Below, piece by piece: positions 44,696 through 53,886 of a stretch of DNA of 64,000 bases; position 1 is the stretch's first letter, and every line of letters starts with the position of its first letter. Source of the DNA: a virus (taxonomy: Duplodnaviria > Heunggongvirae > Uroviricota > Caudoviricetes); the IMG/VR virus record IMGVR_UViG_3300013121_000003, positions 98,674 to 162,673 of that record; one strand, written 5' to 3'. Made by a program: the position numbers and the translations under genes. The notes below the pieces were generated by a model. That model saw nothing but the letters and a program-made list of their open reading frames with translations, made no database searches and was not told where the DNA came from.

Positions 44696-47435
44696 CTGGT
44701 GTTGAATTTGCTTCAGGTTTTACTTCCTCTACTGGAACCGGAACTGGTTCTACCGGAACTTCTACCTTAACTTCTTCAATTACTGGAACCGGAACTGGTT
44801 CTTCAACAATTGGTTCTGACGGAACCGATAGTTCTGGTGGAACTACTGGAACATCAAACGACACAATAGCATCTTCAGCAATTACTTTAGGAACAACTTG
44901 TTCTGTTGGAACTTCAGCAACAACTGGTTCTTCCACTTTTATTTCAAATTGAGCAACAACAGGTTCAATTTGAGGAACAACTGGTTCTACCGGAACCGAT
45001 GGTTCTACAGGAACTTCTACCTTAACTTCTTCAACAACAGTTGGTTGTTCAACTTTTAATTCTTCAACAACAGCAACAGGTTCAGATACTTTTTCTTCTT
45101 CCTTGACTTCAACATTTGTTTCTGATATTGGGTTATCCACAACAAAGGAGATTTCTGATGCCGAATTTTCAGGAACAACTTCAAGAACAACTGGCTCTGT
45201 ATTCTGAGCTTGTGGTTCAATGGCAGAAAGTTCAGGCTCTTGGGCAACATCATGAGCTTGTTCCTCATGAGGAATATCCTCAACAGCAACAGCAACTACT
45301 GGCTCTAACTCGTGAACTTGAACATCTGGAACAATGGGAAGCGGGTCAACCGAAACCACTTCCGAGGCCGGTTGAACTTCAACTGGCTGGGCAACAGGTT
45401 CGGGTGTGGCAACAGGTAAATTCTCTTCTGGAAGAGGTTCTTGTTCATCTTGAAGAGACGTATTTTCAACAACTGTTGGAAGAGGCATTTGAGGTTCAAC
45501 AACAGGAACAACAACTGGCTCTTGAACGACAGCATCTTGATGAACTGATTCGTGATTCACTTCCGGCTCAAGTGTAACTATCTTGGTTGGCTCAATTTCA
45601 GGCTCTTGAACCACTGGTTCAGGGGCCTTTTCTTCTGTCACATTTACAACAACATTATCCTGTTCTAGTGGAATCTCTAGAACTTCAGGGGTCAGTAATG
45701 AAGATTGTGAGCTATCGACTTGGGGAATTAGATCAATTGATGGTTGAACTGATTCCACTTGTGGAGATGGCACTTCGGCGGGGACTTCCGAGAGAGTTAG
45801 TTCTTGAGATTCAGGTAAAACTGGATCAACATCAGGCTCAGATACGGAAGGCACTTCATTTACAACAACTGGAATTTCTACTTCCACAACTGGCTTCTGA
45901 AGTTCAGACGATAATCGATCAAGTGAAAGTGTTTCTACTGAGTTCTCAACAATAGGTTCAACAGATGGCTGTTCAACGGGTAAAGAAACTTCTTCCGAAA
46001 CAACAGAAGGATAATTTTCTATTACTTCTTCAACTTTCTCAGGAACTTCGACAACTAATTCTGACGGCTGATCCTGTAAAACTTCAGGAATCACAGTTTG
46101 TTCAGTTGGAGAAGTTTCTTGAGAAACAACTTCAACTACTGGCTGGTCCATCTCGACAATTGGTTCCGAAATTTGCTGAACTGATTCAGGAACATCAGAG
46201 ATGGTTGGCACGACTGAAACTTCTTCAGTCACAGAAACAGGTTCAAGTTCACTGACTACAGGGTGTTCGTCCTCAACTTTTGGAAGAATTGGTTGTGCCT
46301 GTTCAATTGCTTCAGCCACAACCTCTTCCAATTTCACTTCAGCTTGAGATAAAGCTTCAACAACTTCTGGCTTGACAACCACGGCAATATCAGCCGTTTC
46401 CATTGAGATTGTTGGAACAGCAACAACTTCCTCAGAAGGCTTTACGTCTTCAACAGGAACTAATTGGACGGTAATTTGTGGTTGATCAGAAATTGTATTA
46501 ATTAGTGGGGAAACTTCAACAACTGCTTCCATTACAGGAGTTACTTCATCAGGAACCGCAACCGCAATTGTTGGTTTAGTGTTGTCTTCTGTATTAATTA
46601 ATACTGGTTCCGAATCTAACGAACGACCAACAACTAATAGAGGAATAGGTTCAATTATCGTAACTGGTTCAGGTTTGACATCCTCAACAACTGGTTCATT
46701 TACCACAACTGGTTCTAGAACTTCGGCCGCAACAACTGGTTCTGAAACAACTTCCTCGATAACTACTGGTTCCTTGACTTCCATTTGAACTGGTTCAGAA
46801 ACAACTAATTCCTCAACAACTTTCACTGGTTCTACTGGAACCACAACTGGTTCTGGTGGAACGATATAGGTCACTGGTTCTGGAACAACTTCCACAACAG
46901 GCAAGGGCTTTGGTTCAGGTGCCTTGGAAACCTCAATCGTTAAAGGGGTTGATTCGTCCTTCTCGACAGCAACAACAACCTTTGTTGGTGAAACGATAGT
47001 ATCTACAGCATCAACAGCTAATAGTTGTTTATCTTTCGAAAAATCAATTGTAATTTTTCTATGTTCTTTAAACGTATTAATGAATGACATATAAAGAATT
47101 CCGTCCTTGACCGAGGTTTGATCAAGATGGAATGCTCTTGACAGAAGGAAAACCATATATTCATCGTCTGATGGACGATTTTCGAAGAATGATTGTTTCT
47201 TTGATGACTTTGTTTTAACTTTTAAAACCATGTCGTCAATAGAAATAACGATATCGTCTTGTGAATATCCAGCGACGTTTACTTCCACGTCAAATCTGTT
47301 ATTCGAAATCTTTTTAATCTTGAATGGTGGATAATTGGCAGAGTTTTTAAAACTCTCGTCTAACGACGTAAATGCGTCTAGAATCGCATCAAAACCAATA
47401 CTGATGCCAATTCCGCTAACAATGTCCTTAAGCAT
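44691..47435 (-). CDS. Hsp20/alpha-crystallin domain (N-terminal ~140 aa) fused to a ~770-aa PEV-rich low-complexity repeat region
   Basis: ACD-like N-terminus YPPFKIKKISNNRFDVEVNVAGYSQDDIVISIDDMVLKVK; the remainder is EPV/VPV/VEV repeats. Confidence 0.65.
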   Translation of the reverse strand: MLKDIVSGIGISIGFDAILDAFTSLDESFKNSANYPPFKIKKISNNRFDVEVNVAGYSQDDIVISIDDMVLKVKTKSSKKQSFFENRPSDDEYMVFLLSRAFHLDQTSVKDGILYMSFINTFKEHRKITIDFSKDKQLLAVDAVDTIVSPTKVVVAVEKDESTPLTIEVSKAPEPKPLPVVEVVPEPVTYIVPPEPVVVPVEPVKVVEELVVSEPVQMEVKEPVVIEEVVSEPVVAAEVLEPVVVNEPVVEDVKPEPVTIIEPIPLLVVGRSLDSEPVLINTEDNTKPTIAVAVPDEVTPVMEAVVEVSPLINTISDQPQITVQLVPVEDVKPSEEVVAVPTISMETADIAVVVKPEVVEALSQAEVKLEEVVAEAIEQAQPILPKVEDEHPVVSELEPVSVTEEVSVVPTISDVPESVQQISEPIVEMDQPVVEVVSQETSPTEQTVIPEVLQDQPSELVVEVPEKVEEVIENYPSVVSEEVSLPVEQPSVEPIVENSVETLSLDRLSSELQKPVVEVEIPVVVNEVPSVSEPDVDPVLPESQELTLSEVPAEVPSPQVESVQPSIDLIPQVDSSQSSLLTPEVLEIPLEQDNVVVNVTEEKAPEPVVQEPEIEPTKIVTLEPEVNHESVHQDAVVQEPVVVPVVEPQMPLPTVVENTSLQDEQEPLPEENLPVATPEPVAQPVEVQPASEVVSVDPLPIVPDVQVHELEPVVAVAVEDIPHEEQAHDVAQEPELSAIEPQAQNTEPVVLEVVPENSASEISFVVDNPISETNVEVKEEEKVSEPVAVVEELKVEQPTVVEEVKVEVPVEPSVPVEPVVPQIEPVVAQFEIKVEEPVVAEVPTEQVVPKVIAEDAIVSFDVPVVPPELSVPSEPIVEEPVPVPVIEEVKVEVPVEPVPVPVEEVKPEANSTPV

Positions 47436-48272
47436 TTACTTCTCCTTTGATTGTAGTAAGTTCCATGGATTTCTAAGAATTGCACGCATTTGAATATTTT
47501 TTTCTTCGAACGTATATTTATCATTTTCTAAAATGATTCGAAGTTCTTCCATGATCATCTCTTTGTGATCAACACTTTTGATTGTCTTGAATACAGCACG
47601 AACAGAAGGAACTAAACCTTCTGATAGTATATATCTATATTGCTTATCGAAATTCATGAGAAGGTCATTAAACGGAACTTGTTTCTCTTCGAACATATCT
47701 TTGGATACAGCCTTTGTTGGATCAAATTCTGGTTTCTTATGTCTATATTGTGTCACGTGTTGTTTCATTGAACCTTGAGACCAATTTGGAAAATGATGAA
47801 CTTCACCAGTTTTACGATGAACAGTTATGATATCTTTCGAATGAATTTCTTTTGAACCGCCACTAGTTGTGTGATATTGAGAATGTTTTGATTGATGAAA
47901 TGGTCTTCCAATTCCAATATGATTTGAAAGTGTATTCAATCTCTCTCTAGTAGTTGGTGTTCCCCAACCAGCCAAAGTCATATTAACGTGATCAGGATCG
48001 TCATGATGATAATGAGCAATAGCATTTCCATGAAGATACATTGTAGTTCCATCTTCACCAACTTCAACCTTTGTGTTTTTATTGGAATACTTTTTACCAG
48101 CTAAGAATCTCTTGGCAGCTTCATTAGAAATATCTCTAGCCTCTAGAAGAATTTCTTTGGTATCCTCAAGTTCAGTTGGATCAAGTTTCTGAACTACGTC
48201 TTCTGCTTCTTCAGGAGAAAGACCTTCTGAAATTAATTTGGCGATGTATTCGTCTCTAATTAATGAACTCAT
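47436..48272 (-). CDS. Hypothetical protein
   Basis: 278-aa ORF. Confidence 0.55.
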   Translation of the reverse strand: MSSLIRDEYIAKLISEGLSPEEAEDVVQKLDPTELEDTKEILLEARDISNEAAKRFLAGKKYSNKNTKVEVGEDGTTMYLHGNAIAHYHHDDPDHVNMTLAGWGTPTTRERLNTLSNHIGIGRPFHQSKHSQYHTTSGGSKEIHSKDIITVHRKTGEVHHFPNWSQGSMKQHVTQYRHKKPEFDPTKAVSKDMFEEKQVPFNDLLMNFDKQYRYILSEGLVPSVRAVFKTIKSVDHKEMIMEELRIILENDKYTFEEKNIQMRAILRNPWNLLQSKEK

Positions 48273-48283
48273 ATTCGTTCCTC

Positions 48284-48868
48284 TTATTCGTATTCTTGGA
48301 ATTTTTGTTGTTGACGAGCTTTAATGGCTTTGAATAGTTCACGACTAGTTTCGGCTCTCTGGTGAACTTTAAATCTTTTAGTTGTATCTCTTAAAGCATG
48401 ATTAGCGGCACGCCCAATACCTTTTAGTGGATCGTGTTTCATAGAATGAGAACGTCCACCAAAATTTCTGTGATAATTTTTAGTGGCTGGATCACCACCA
48501 TAAAAATATTCGTTCATTAATTCAGATTCAATACTTTCTGTTCTAAGCATTTTATTGAGTGGTGTTGCAATTCTAACAACCGAACTTCTTCCACTTGGTT
48601 TAGTGTTGATTTTATTCTTAGTAAAATCTCTAAGCTGTTTAACAGTATTAGCCATTTTCCTATTCGGAACCTTTGGTTTTATGAAACTCTCAATAGGAGG
48701 ATTTTTATCTTCAATCTTCTTCTTTTTATCCGTCTTAGCTGGCTTAACCTTCTTGGCCGTTCGGGCTTCATGCAAAGGAGCAGTATTCACTTCTGGCTTG
48801 AGATTGACACAAGACGAAGCTGGCTTTCTGAGCTTAATTCTTTTTTCTTTAGGTTTATCAGCGGACAT
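48284..48868 (-). CDS. Hypothetical basic protein
   Basis: 194-aa ORF, Lys/Arg-rich. Confidence 0.5.
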   Translation of the reverse strand: MSADKPKEKRIKLRKPASSCVNLKPEVNTAPLHEARTAKKVKPAKTDKKKKIEDKNPPIESFIKPKVPNRKMANTVKQLRDFTKNKINTKPSGRSSVVRIATPLNKMLRTESIESELMNEYFYGGDPATKNYHRNFGGRSHSMKHDPLKGIGRAANHALRDTTKRFKVHQRAETSRELFKAIKARQQQKFQEYE

Positions 48869-48891
48869 ACGAACTCCAAAGTATTTTCCTT

Positions 48892-49467
48892 TTATTTAGT
48901 CATCTTCAAAAATCTAAGAATATTCCATGCTTCATGATGATTAATTCTAGAATGAAGATATATTTTAAATTTATCAACATCTTCGTTTTTATATGGATCA
49001 AGTTTTAACGCAAGATTTCTAACGAAAGTTCCTGATATCTCTCCACGTTCTTGTTTATTGATTTCCCAATCCAACCATTTCATTCTAAGTTCTTTAGAAT
49101 CATGGAATGTTTGATTGTTATAGGTTTCCATCAATCGAACGAATGATTCAGCGTTTCCTCCATTATTTTCGACAACTCCTTTGGTTCCATATCCAGCATG
49201 TATTTTCAATTTACAATCAGAATGTTTTCTATATAACCACATGAGAATTTGAAGAGCACTTTCACAATGTTTGTCTTTACAAGACACAATATTATATTTT
49301 GGATATAACCAACGAATATACGAAAGTCTGTCCAATAAAGTTAAGGGGGCATCAAATGCCCCCATCACAAAAATGTATTTGTAATCGCCTTGGATATTAT
49401 CCAGGAGTTTTTCGTGTTCACACGTTGGCGGGTTGAATCTTCCGATTGCTATTCCTACGCTTTTCAT
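48892..49467 (-). CDS. Cytidylyltransferase-fold (NMN adenylyltransferase-like) protein
   Basis: N-terminal GIAIGRFNPPTCEHEKLL resembles the GRFxPxHxGH nucleotidyltransferase motif. Confidence 0.4.
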   Translation of the reverse strand: MKSVGIAIGRFNPPTCEHEKLLDNIQGDYKYIFVMGAFDAPLTLLDRLSYIRWLYPKYNIVSCKDKHCESALQILMWLYRKHSDCKLKIHAGYGTKGVVENNGGNAESFVRLMETYNNQTFHDSKELRMKWLDWEINKQERGEISGTFVRNLALKLDPYKNEDVDKFKIYLHSRINHHEAWNILRFLKMTK

Positions 49468-50353
49468 ATTTCATTTCCTCTGGAAGAATTGTAAATAAAA
49501 GATAATTTTTTAGAAGTCTAGAGACGATTGCCAATTGTTCATCACTATACGGTTTTTCTTTAACCTTTCTGACGAATTTGTCTAGAACAGATTTAATTTG
49601 ATGTGGTTCATAATACTTCAACATTCCGACCAACAATCCACGGAATGAGTTTAAATTGTAATGAATCTCCGAAGAATTGTAGATTATATCAAGCTGTTCA
49701 GAGACAGTTCTATTCGTATCTGGATTGATCAAGAAAAGTTCCATGTAAATTTTTTCAAGGTCTTCAATCCAGAATGAATAGTTTCTTTCACGCAATCCAT
49801 ACGATACAGAGAACGCCCACTTCTCATTGTTGGCAGCCGTCAATGCCGATAACATGACTTTATGAAATACACCTTTAAGACCATCAGCAACATCGTCTGG
49901 GGACCAACTGTTTGAAAACTTTGAAAACTCTGTTGGCATGTCTTCACAAAAACCTTTGAATTCGAAATCAACTTGGATTTCTGAAACATCAGTTTTATAA
50001 GAAGACATTGAGAATAGAGTTGAAATCTGAGTTCCATGAGATTTATATGGAATCGATTTCTTTTGGAAATAGTGTTCGAATTCTCTCCTAAAGCGATCTG
50101 GAACTATAACGTCAACATCTCCGATCTTCATTGATGGAAGATACTCATGACGTAACGTTCTATCCAGATGATATCTGAACGAACCAGTGAACACTTCGTT
50201 CGAATTAATTGCTGGTTCTCTTAGTCCAAAAATTCTGTATCTATTATTAGAATTTATTTCCCTGAGAACTTTCTTGATTTCCATTTGAATTCCGTAAATG
50301 TTCGAATCAGAATTCCAGAATGGAGTAGCTTTTCTACCATCAATTATTGCCAT
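49418..50353 (-). CDS. Pol-beta-superfamily nucleotidyltransferase-like protein
   Basis: GS...GDVDVIV pattern; assignment tentative. Confidence 0.4.
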   Translation of the reverse strand: MAIIDGRKATPFWNSDSNIYGIQMEIKKVLREINSNNRYRIFGLREPAINSNEVFTGSFRYHLDRTLRHEYLPSMKIGDVDVIVPDRFRREFEHYFQKKSIPYKSHGTQISTLFSMSSYKTDVSEIQVDFEFKGFCEDMPTEFSKFSNSWSPDDVADGLKGVFHKVMLSALTAANNEKWAFSVSYGLRERNYSFWIEDLEKIYMELFLINPDTNRTVSEQLDIIYNSSEIHYNLNSFRGLLVGMLKYYEPHQIKSVLDKFVRKVKEKPYSDEQLAIVSRLLKNYLLFTILPEEMKYEKRRNSNRKIQPANV

Positions 50354-51116
50354 TGATCTTCTCCGTCATGATCTTGAATTTTCTACCACTTGGAAGATGA
50401 AACACCCAACCTTCTGGTGAACAATCTCCCCACTTAGATTTCTGGGGAAGTAGTTTTTTCAATTCTGTCAAGACATTTTCAGATGCTTCATGAATTTTCA
50501 ACTGTTCCGAATATTGATCATAAAGGTGCCAAGAAATGTTCTCAGTGAATTTCTTGATAGGAAGTTTAACATCATAGATCAACGGATGAATATCATCATA
50601 GAAGTAAACGTAATAATTTAAAGGTGCCCAATGTCTGATATTGAATTTCTCAATATCATAAGTGTTGAGTTGAGTGTGTTCGATGAAGGTGGCTTGAAGA
50701 CCCAATTTAAATGGATCGTATTGAGTTCCGTTTGGAGTATACGGTTTGCCATCCATGGCGATGATCATTTCACCTTTCATGGAAACTTTCTCACGAATGA
50801 GAGTGTCAACCATGCGATGGCAAGAACGCATAGAAGCAAACGCTAATTCCAAACGAATTGGAATGATGGATGTTTGATCTGTTGGGTAATTGTACCAACA
50901 CCAATAATTAAAATCCCCTTGCTTGCGCATCTTAGGTGATGACGCAGAACGGCAATAGAAGCCTTGTTCGTCACCACCAACTTCAAAAGCAAAGCCATCA
51001 GTTTTTTCCGTGACTTTACATATCAGATGTTCTTCTTTCAAAAGATCGTGTCTGACACTCTTTGGAAGTTTGTCGAAAATTGGAATCGATTTTCTGAGAC
51101 TTTCCAAGCAAATCAC
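50340..51116 (-). CDS. Covalent nucleotidyltransferase (ATP-dependent RNA/DNA ligase-like) protein
   Basis: Motif I KVTEKTDGFAF (KxDG); C-terminal EGWVFHL...KFKIMTEK resembling ligase motifs IV/V. Confidence 0.45.
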   Translation of the reverse strand: MICLESLRKSIPIFDKLPKSVRHDLLKEEHLICKVTEKTDGFAFEVGGDEQGFYCRSASSPKMRKQGDFNYWCWYNYPTDQTSIIPIRLELAFASMRSCHRMVDTLIREKVSMKGEMIIAMDGKPYTPNGTQYDPFKLGLQATFIEHTQLNTYDIEKFNIRHWAPLNYYVYFYDDIHPLIYDVKLPIKKFTENISWHLYDQYSEQLKIHEASENVLTELKKLLPQKSKWGDCSPEGWVFHLPSGRKFKIMTEKINGNN

Positions 51117-52002
51117 CTTTCAATCGTTTAGCTTCTTCTATATTCGTCAAATCATATTGATGTTCTGACTTCTCGATCTTCTTGATTATTCCTTCAACTG
51201 TCAGAGAGTTTTTGTCTTTACCTCTAACCGTTATTTCACAAACACCCTTGGGCATTTGAAGTTCAGGAATAAAGTCTGTCTCACCAAATAATCCTCGATT
51301 TCCGATATAGAGCACGTCAATACCTTTGTCAGAAATGTATGTTCTGACAGGTTCCATATCATGAAAATGATCGGATCGAATGGTGAATCCTGTAAGCTTC
51401 TCATTCTTCTCGGGTTTTCTAACACTTTCATTTACAACCTGCAACAACGGCTTACCGTTCGAAGTCGCTGAAAGGAACAATTCTGTGAAGTGTGGAGCTT
51501 TGGCAACAGATCGTTCTGTCACTTGCCATTGATCGCCTTCATACCGAAGAACGAACTGTCCAACCTTGGCGGATTGCCACTCACGCTTGATCTCTAGCGT
51601 TCCTATAGAGCCATCTTCTTTGATTAGATGACCATCGGGTTCGGGGCTTCTACAGCCAGCGCCGGAACCGTTCATTGAGCCCACTTGATTGAGCGTCTGA
51701 ACCACTTCCTCTTCAAATCGAATTCCCTTATTCGAGAAACGATCTTCATCAGAAGAATACTTGTTGATTTTTGAAAGAGGAACTAATTGTGGAGTCAAAC
51801 AATCTTTGTTAGTGACTTCGATCATGATCTTACCGTCATTTATCTGGTAATCATGAACAGTGATTGTTTGATCTGCGGAAAACGGAGCGAAGTCTAATCG
51901 CATCCGTCTTGCGTCTTCTAGTCCAAAATATGGTTTAATATACTTGTTCAGATATCTGATATTTTCGGGATTATCCGCAGTTGTTCCCATTAATCTAGTC
52001 AT
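51016..52002 (-). CDS. Hypothetical protein
   Basis: 328-aa ORF. Confidence 0.5.
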   Translation of the reverse strand: MTRLMGTTADNPENIRYLNKYIKPYFGLEDARRMRLDFAPFSADQTITVHDYQINDGKIMIEVTNKDCLTPQLVPLSKINKYSSDEDRFSNKGIRFEEEVVQTLNQVGSMNGSGAGCRSPEPDGHLIKEDGSIGTLEIKREWQSAKVGQFVLRYEGDQWQVTERSVAKAPHFTELFLSATSNGKPLLQVVNESVRKPEKNEKLTGFTIRSDHFHDMEPVRTYISDKGIDVLYIGNRGLFGETDFIPELQMPKGVCEITVRGKDKNSLTVEGIIKKIEKSEHQYDLTNIEEAKRLKGDLLGKSQKIDSNFRQTSKECQTRSFERRTSDM

Positions 52003-52057
52003 AGTTCTCCTTATAAAAGAGAACCATTAGTCAGTGAACTAATTAAATTCCTTTTAA

Positions 52058-52906
52058 CTAAATTTCAATGAATAATGGCTTGAATGAATCATATTGTGGT
52101 TCTCCATTGTAACCCAAAGGATTGGAAAGAACACGAGTTTTATTGACCATAAAATCAAACTTGTAATGAGTGTGACCACAAATCCAATGTGAGATTTGTT
52201 CGTGATCCTGCATCATCCATTCCAGATCAGAACAATATCCAGAAAGTAAAGCTACTCCGTGCCTTGCGGAATTATTACAATGGAACATTGGACAATGATG
52301 CGTCACAATAACTGTCTTCTTATCTGGATTCTTTTTCAGAGTTTCGTGGAGAAACATTCTTGAAATCAAATGATGTTGATACGTATTTTCAGCAGAAAGA
52401 ATGCCATACTTAATTCTCTGATTTGGATGATTACGTTCGATGTATGTTATTTCTTCTTCAGGTTTGGTATAAATGATTCGGTAATCATTCATTCCATATT
52501 CAACTCGATACATTTCTGTTTTATCACCATTCTGAAAATCTGTCCAAAGAGTTGAACACAAAAACAAAATACCATCCTTCTCAAACGATTCATTTTCAAG
52601 GACATGAACATTTGAATCCTTGAAATAATCTTTCATGGTCTGAACAGTATCTCTAAAAAAATAGTTATAATGTTCATGATTACCAACAACATAAATCACC
52701 GAATTGAATTTAGAACACCACTTCTCAACGAATTTCTTGAGGTTTTCTTTGTGGGAGATTGCTTGTGGATGTTCAGACTTGACAATCCTAGCCAACGTAA
52801 GATCACCAGCAATGATCAACAGATCACCACCTTTCTTGAGCTTATCGAGTTTGGGAGAATATCCGTTTAACTCAAGATGAACATCCGAGACGATACACAC
52901 TTTCAT
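52058..52906 (-). CDS. Calcineurin-like metallophosphoesterase
   Basis: SDVHLE, GDLT and GNHEHY motifs. Confidence 0.7.
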   Translation of the reverse strand: MKVCIVSDVHLELNGYSPKLDKLKKGGDLLIIAGDLTLARIVKSEHPQAISHKENLKKFVEKWCSKFNSVIYVVGNHEHYNYFFRDTVQTMKDYFKDSNVHVLENESFEKDGILFLCSTLWTDFQNGDKTEMYRVEYGMNDYRIIYTKPEEEITYIERNHPNQRIKYGILSAENTYQHHLISRMFLHETLKKNPDKKTVIVTHHCPMFHCNNSARHGVALLSGYCSDLEWMMQDHEQISHWICGHTHYKFDFMVNKTRVLSNPLGYNGEPQYDSFKPLFIEI

Positions 52907-53160
52907 TAAGGTCTAATCCTCTTCATCTTTTCTTCGATTTTACGTTCGTATTCGTCTTCTTGTTCCCAAGTTTTAGAAGGATTTGAGTCACCACAATGAC
53001 GACAACAATATCCATCAACAACTGGATGCCAACACTTCTGGCACTGGTGAATGTTAAGATAGGTTAAAGCTTCTTGGGCTTCAAGCTTTTTATACTTCCG
53101 AGAACCATATTCAATTTTTCTATATTTCTTTCTCTTCTTTTTATCGTCCTGCATCTTCAA
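52906..53160 (-). CDS. Small zinc-finger protein (CQKCWHP...CCRHCGD)
   Basis: 84-aa ORF. Confidence 0.45.
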   Translation of the reverse strand: MKMQDDKKKRKKYRKIEYGSRKYKKLEAQEALTYLNIHQCQKCWHPVVDGYCCRHCGDSNPSKTWEQEDEYERKIEEKMKRIRP

Positions 53161-53464
53161 TTAAACCTTCATAATGTAATGACATTTTATCAAAATAATG
53201 ACCAATTAAATCTGCGGTTGAACTATATCCAAGATCGTCTAACATACAATACGTTTGGTTTCTTTTATCATTTATAGAATTATCATCTTCATTATAACGA
53301 TAATATAGATATGTTAGAAAACAATATTCTTCAATTAAAGTTTTAACCTTTTCTAGTTTCTGAAGAAGTTCTCCATCACTTTCAATCTTCTGTTCTTTAG
53401 TCTTCGACATTTGCTTTTTTCTCAATAGGTGGGTTGCACATAAATGGGGGCGTCTGACCATCAA
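53141..53464 (-). CDS. Hypothetical protein
   Basis: 107-aa ORF. Confidence 0.45.
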   Translation of the reverse strand: MMVRRPHLCATHLLRKKQMSKTKEQKIESDGELLQKLEKVKTLIEEYCFLTYLYYRYNEDDNSINDKRNQTYCMLDDLGYSSTADLIGHYFDKMSLHYEGLIEDAGR

Positions 53465-53591
53465 AACCAGAACCAGAATTGAGTTTGTTGAGCAATTCCG
53501 TTCTCAATGACTTTTCTGTGATTTTGTAAATCTTCTGTTTAGTGAGTTCTTCAACTATATAACCACGAACAAACTTATACATTTTTGTCAT
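53397..53591 (-). CDS. Hypothetical small protein
   Basis: 64-aa ORF. Confidence 0.35.
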   Translation of the reverse strand: MTKMYKFVRGYIVEELTKQKIYKITEKSLRTELLNKLNSGSGFDGQTPPFMCNPPIEKKANVED

Positions 53592-53886
53592 TTAAAGTTT
53601 CCTTGATATCTCCCTTGAGTTTAAGTAAATATTTATTCAATTTCTCAACGAGGGCCGAAATTTCTTCTGGTGTAAAGAAATTAGCGAAATCATGTTGGTA
53701 GTGTGGACCATCTCCGATTAGTTTCAATATATCGTGCAACTTCTTCATTTCAACTAAATCATCGAGAAGTTGATATTCTTCAAGAAGTTCGAACTCAGTA
53801 GAACCCAGCAAATCGTCTTCTTTTTCCACTATCTTTCCTTTCTCTATCTGCCTTGCCAAAATTAGTTTTATCCATGACTGAATCAT
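53575..53886 (-). CDS. Hypothetical acidic protein (the 5' end overlaps gene 41 by ~90 nt; the true start may be internal)
   Basis: 103-aa ORF. Confidence 0.4.
   Translation of the reverse strand: MIQSWIKLILARQIEKGKIVEKEDDLLGSTEFELLEEYQLLDDLVEMKKLHDILKLIGDGPHYQHDFANFFTPEEISALVEKLNKYLLKLKGDIKETLNDKNV

Noticed and set aside
44691-47435. Several long plus-strand ORFs (e.g. 45116..45577, 45587..45955, 45965..46255) opposite the 914-aa gene
   Set aside because: They are Q/L-rich mirror translations of the PEV codon repeats on the antisense strand, i.e. low-complexity artefacts
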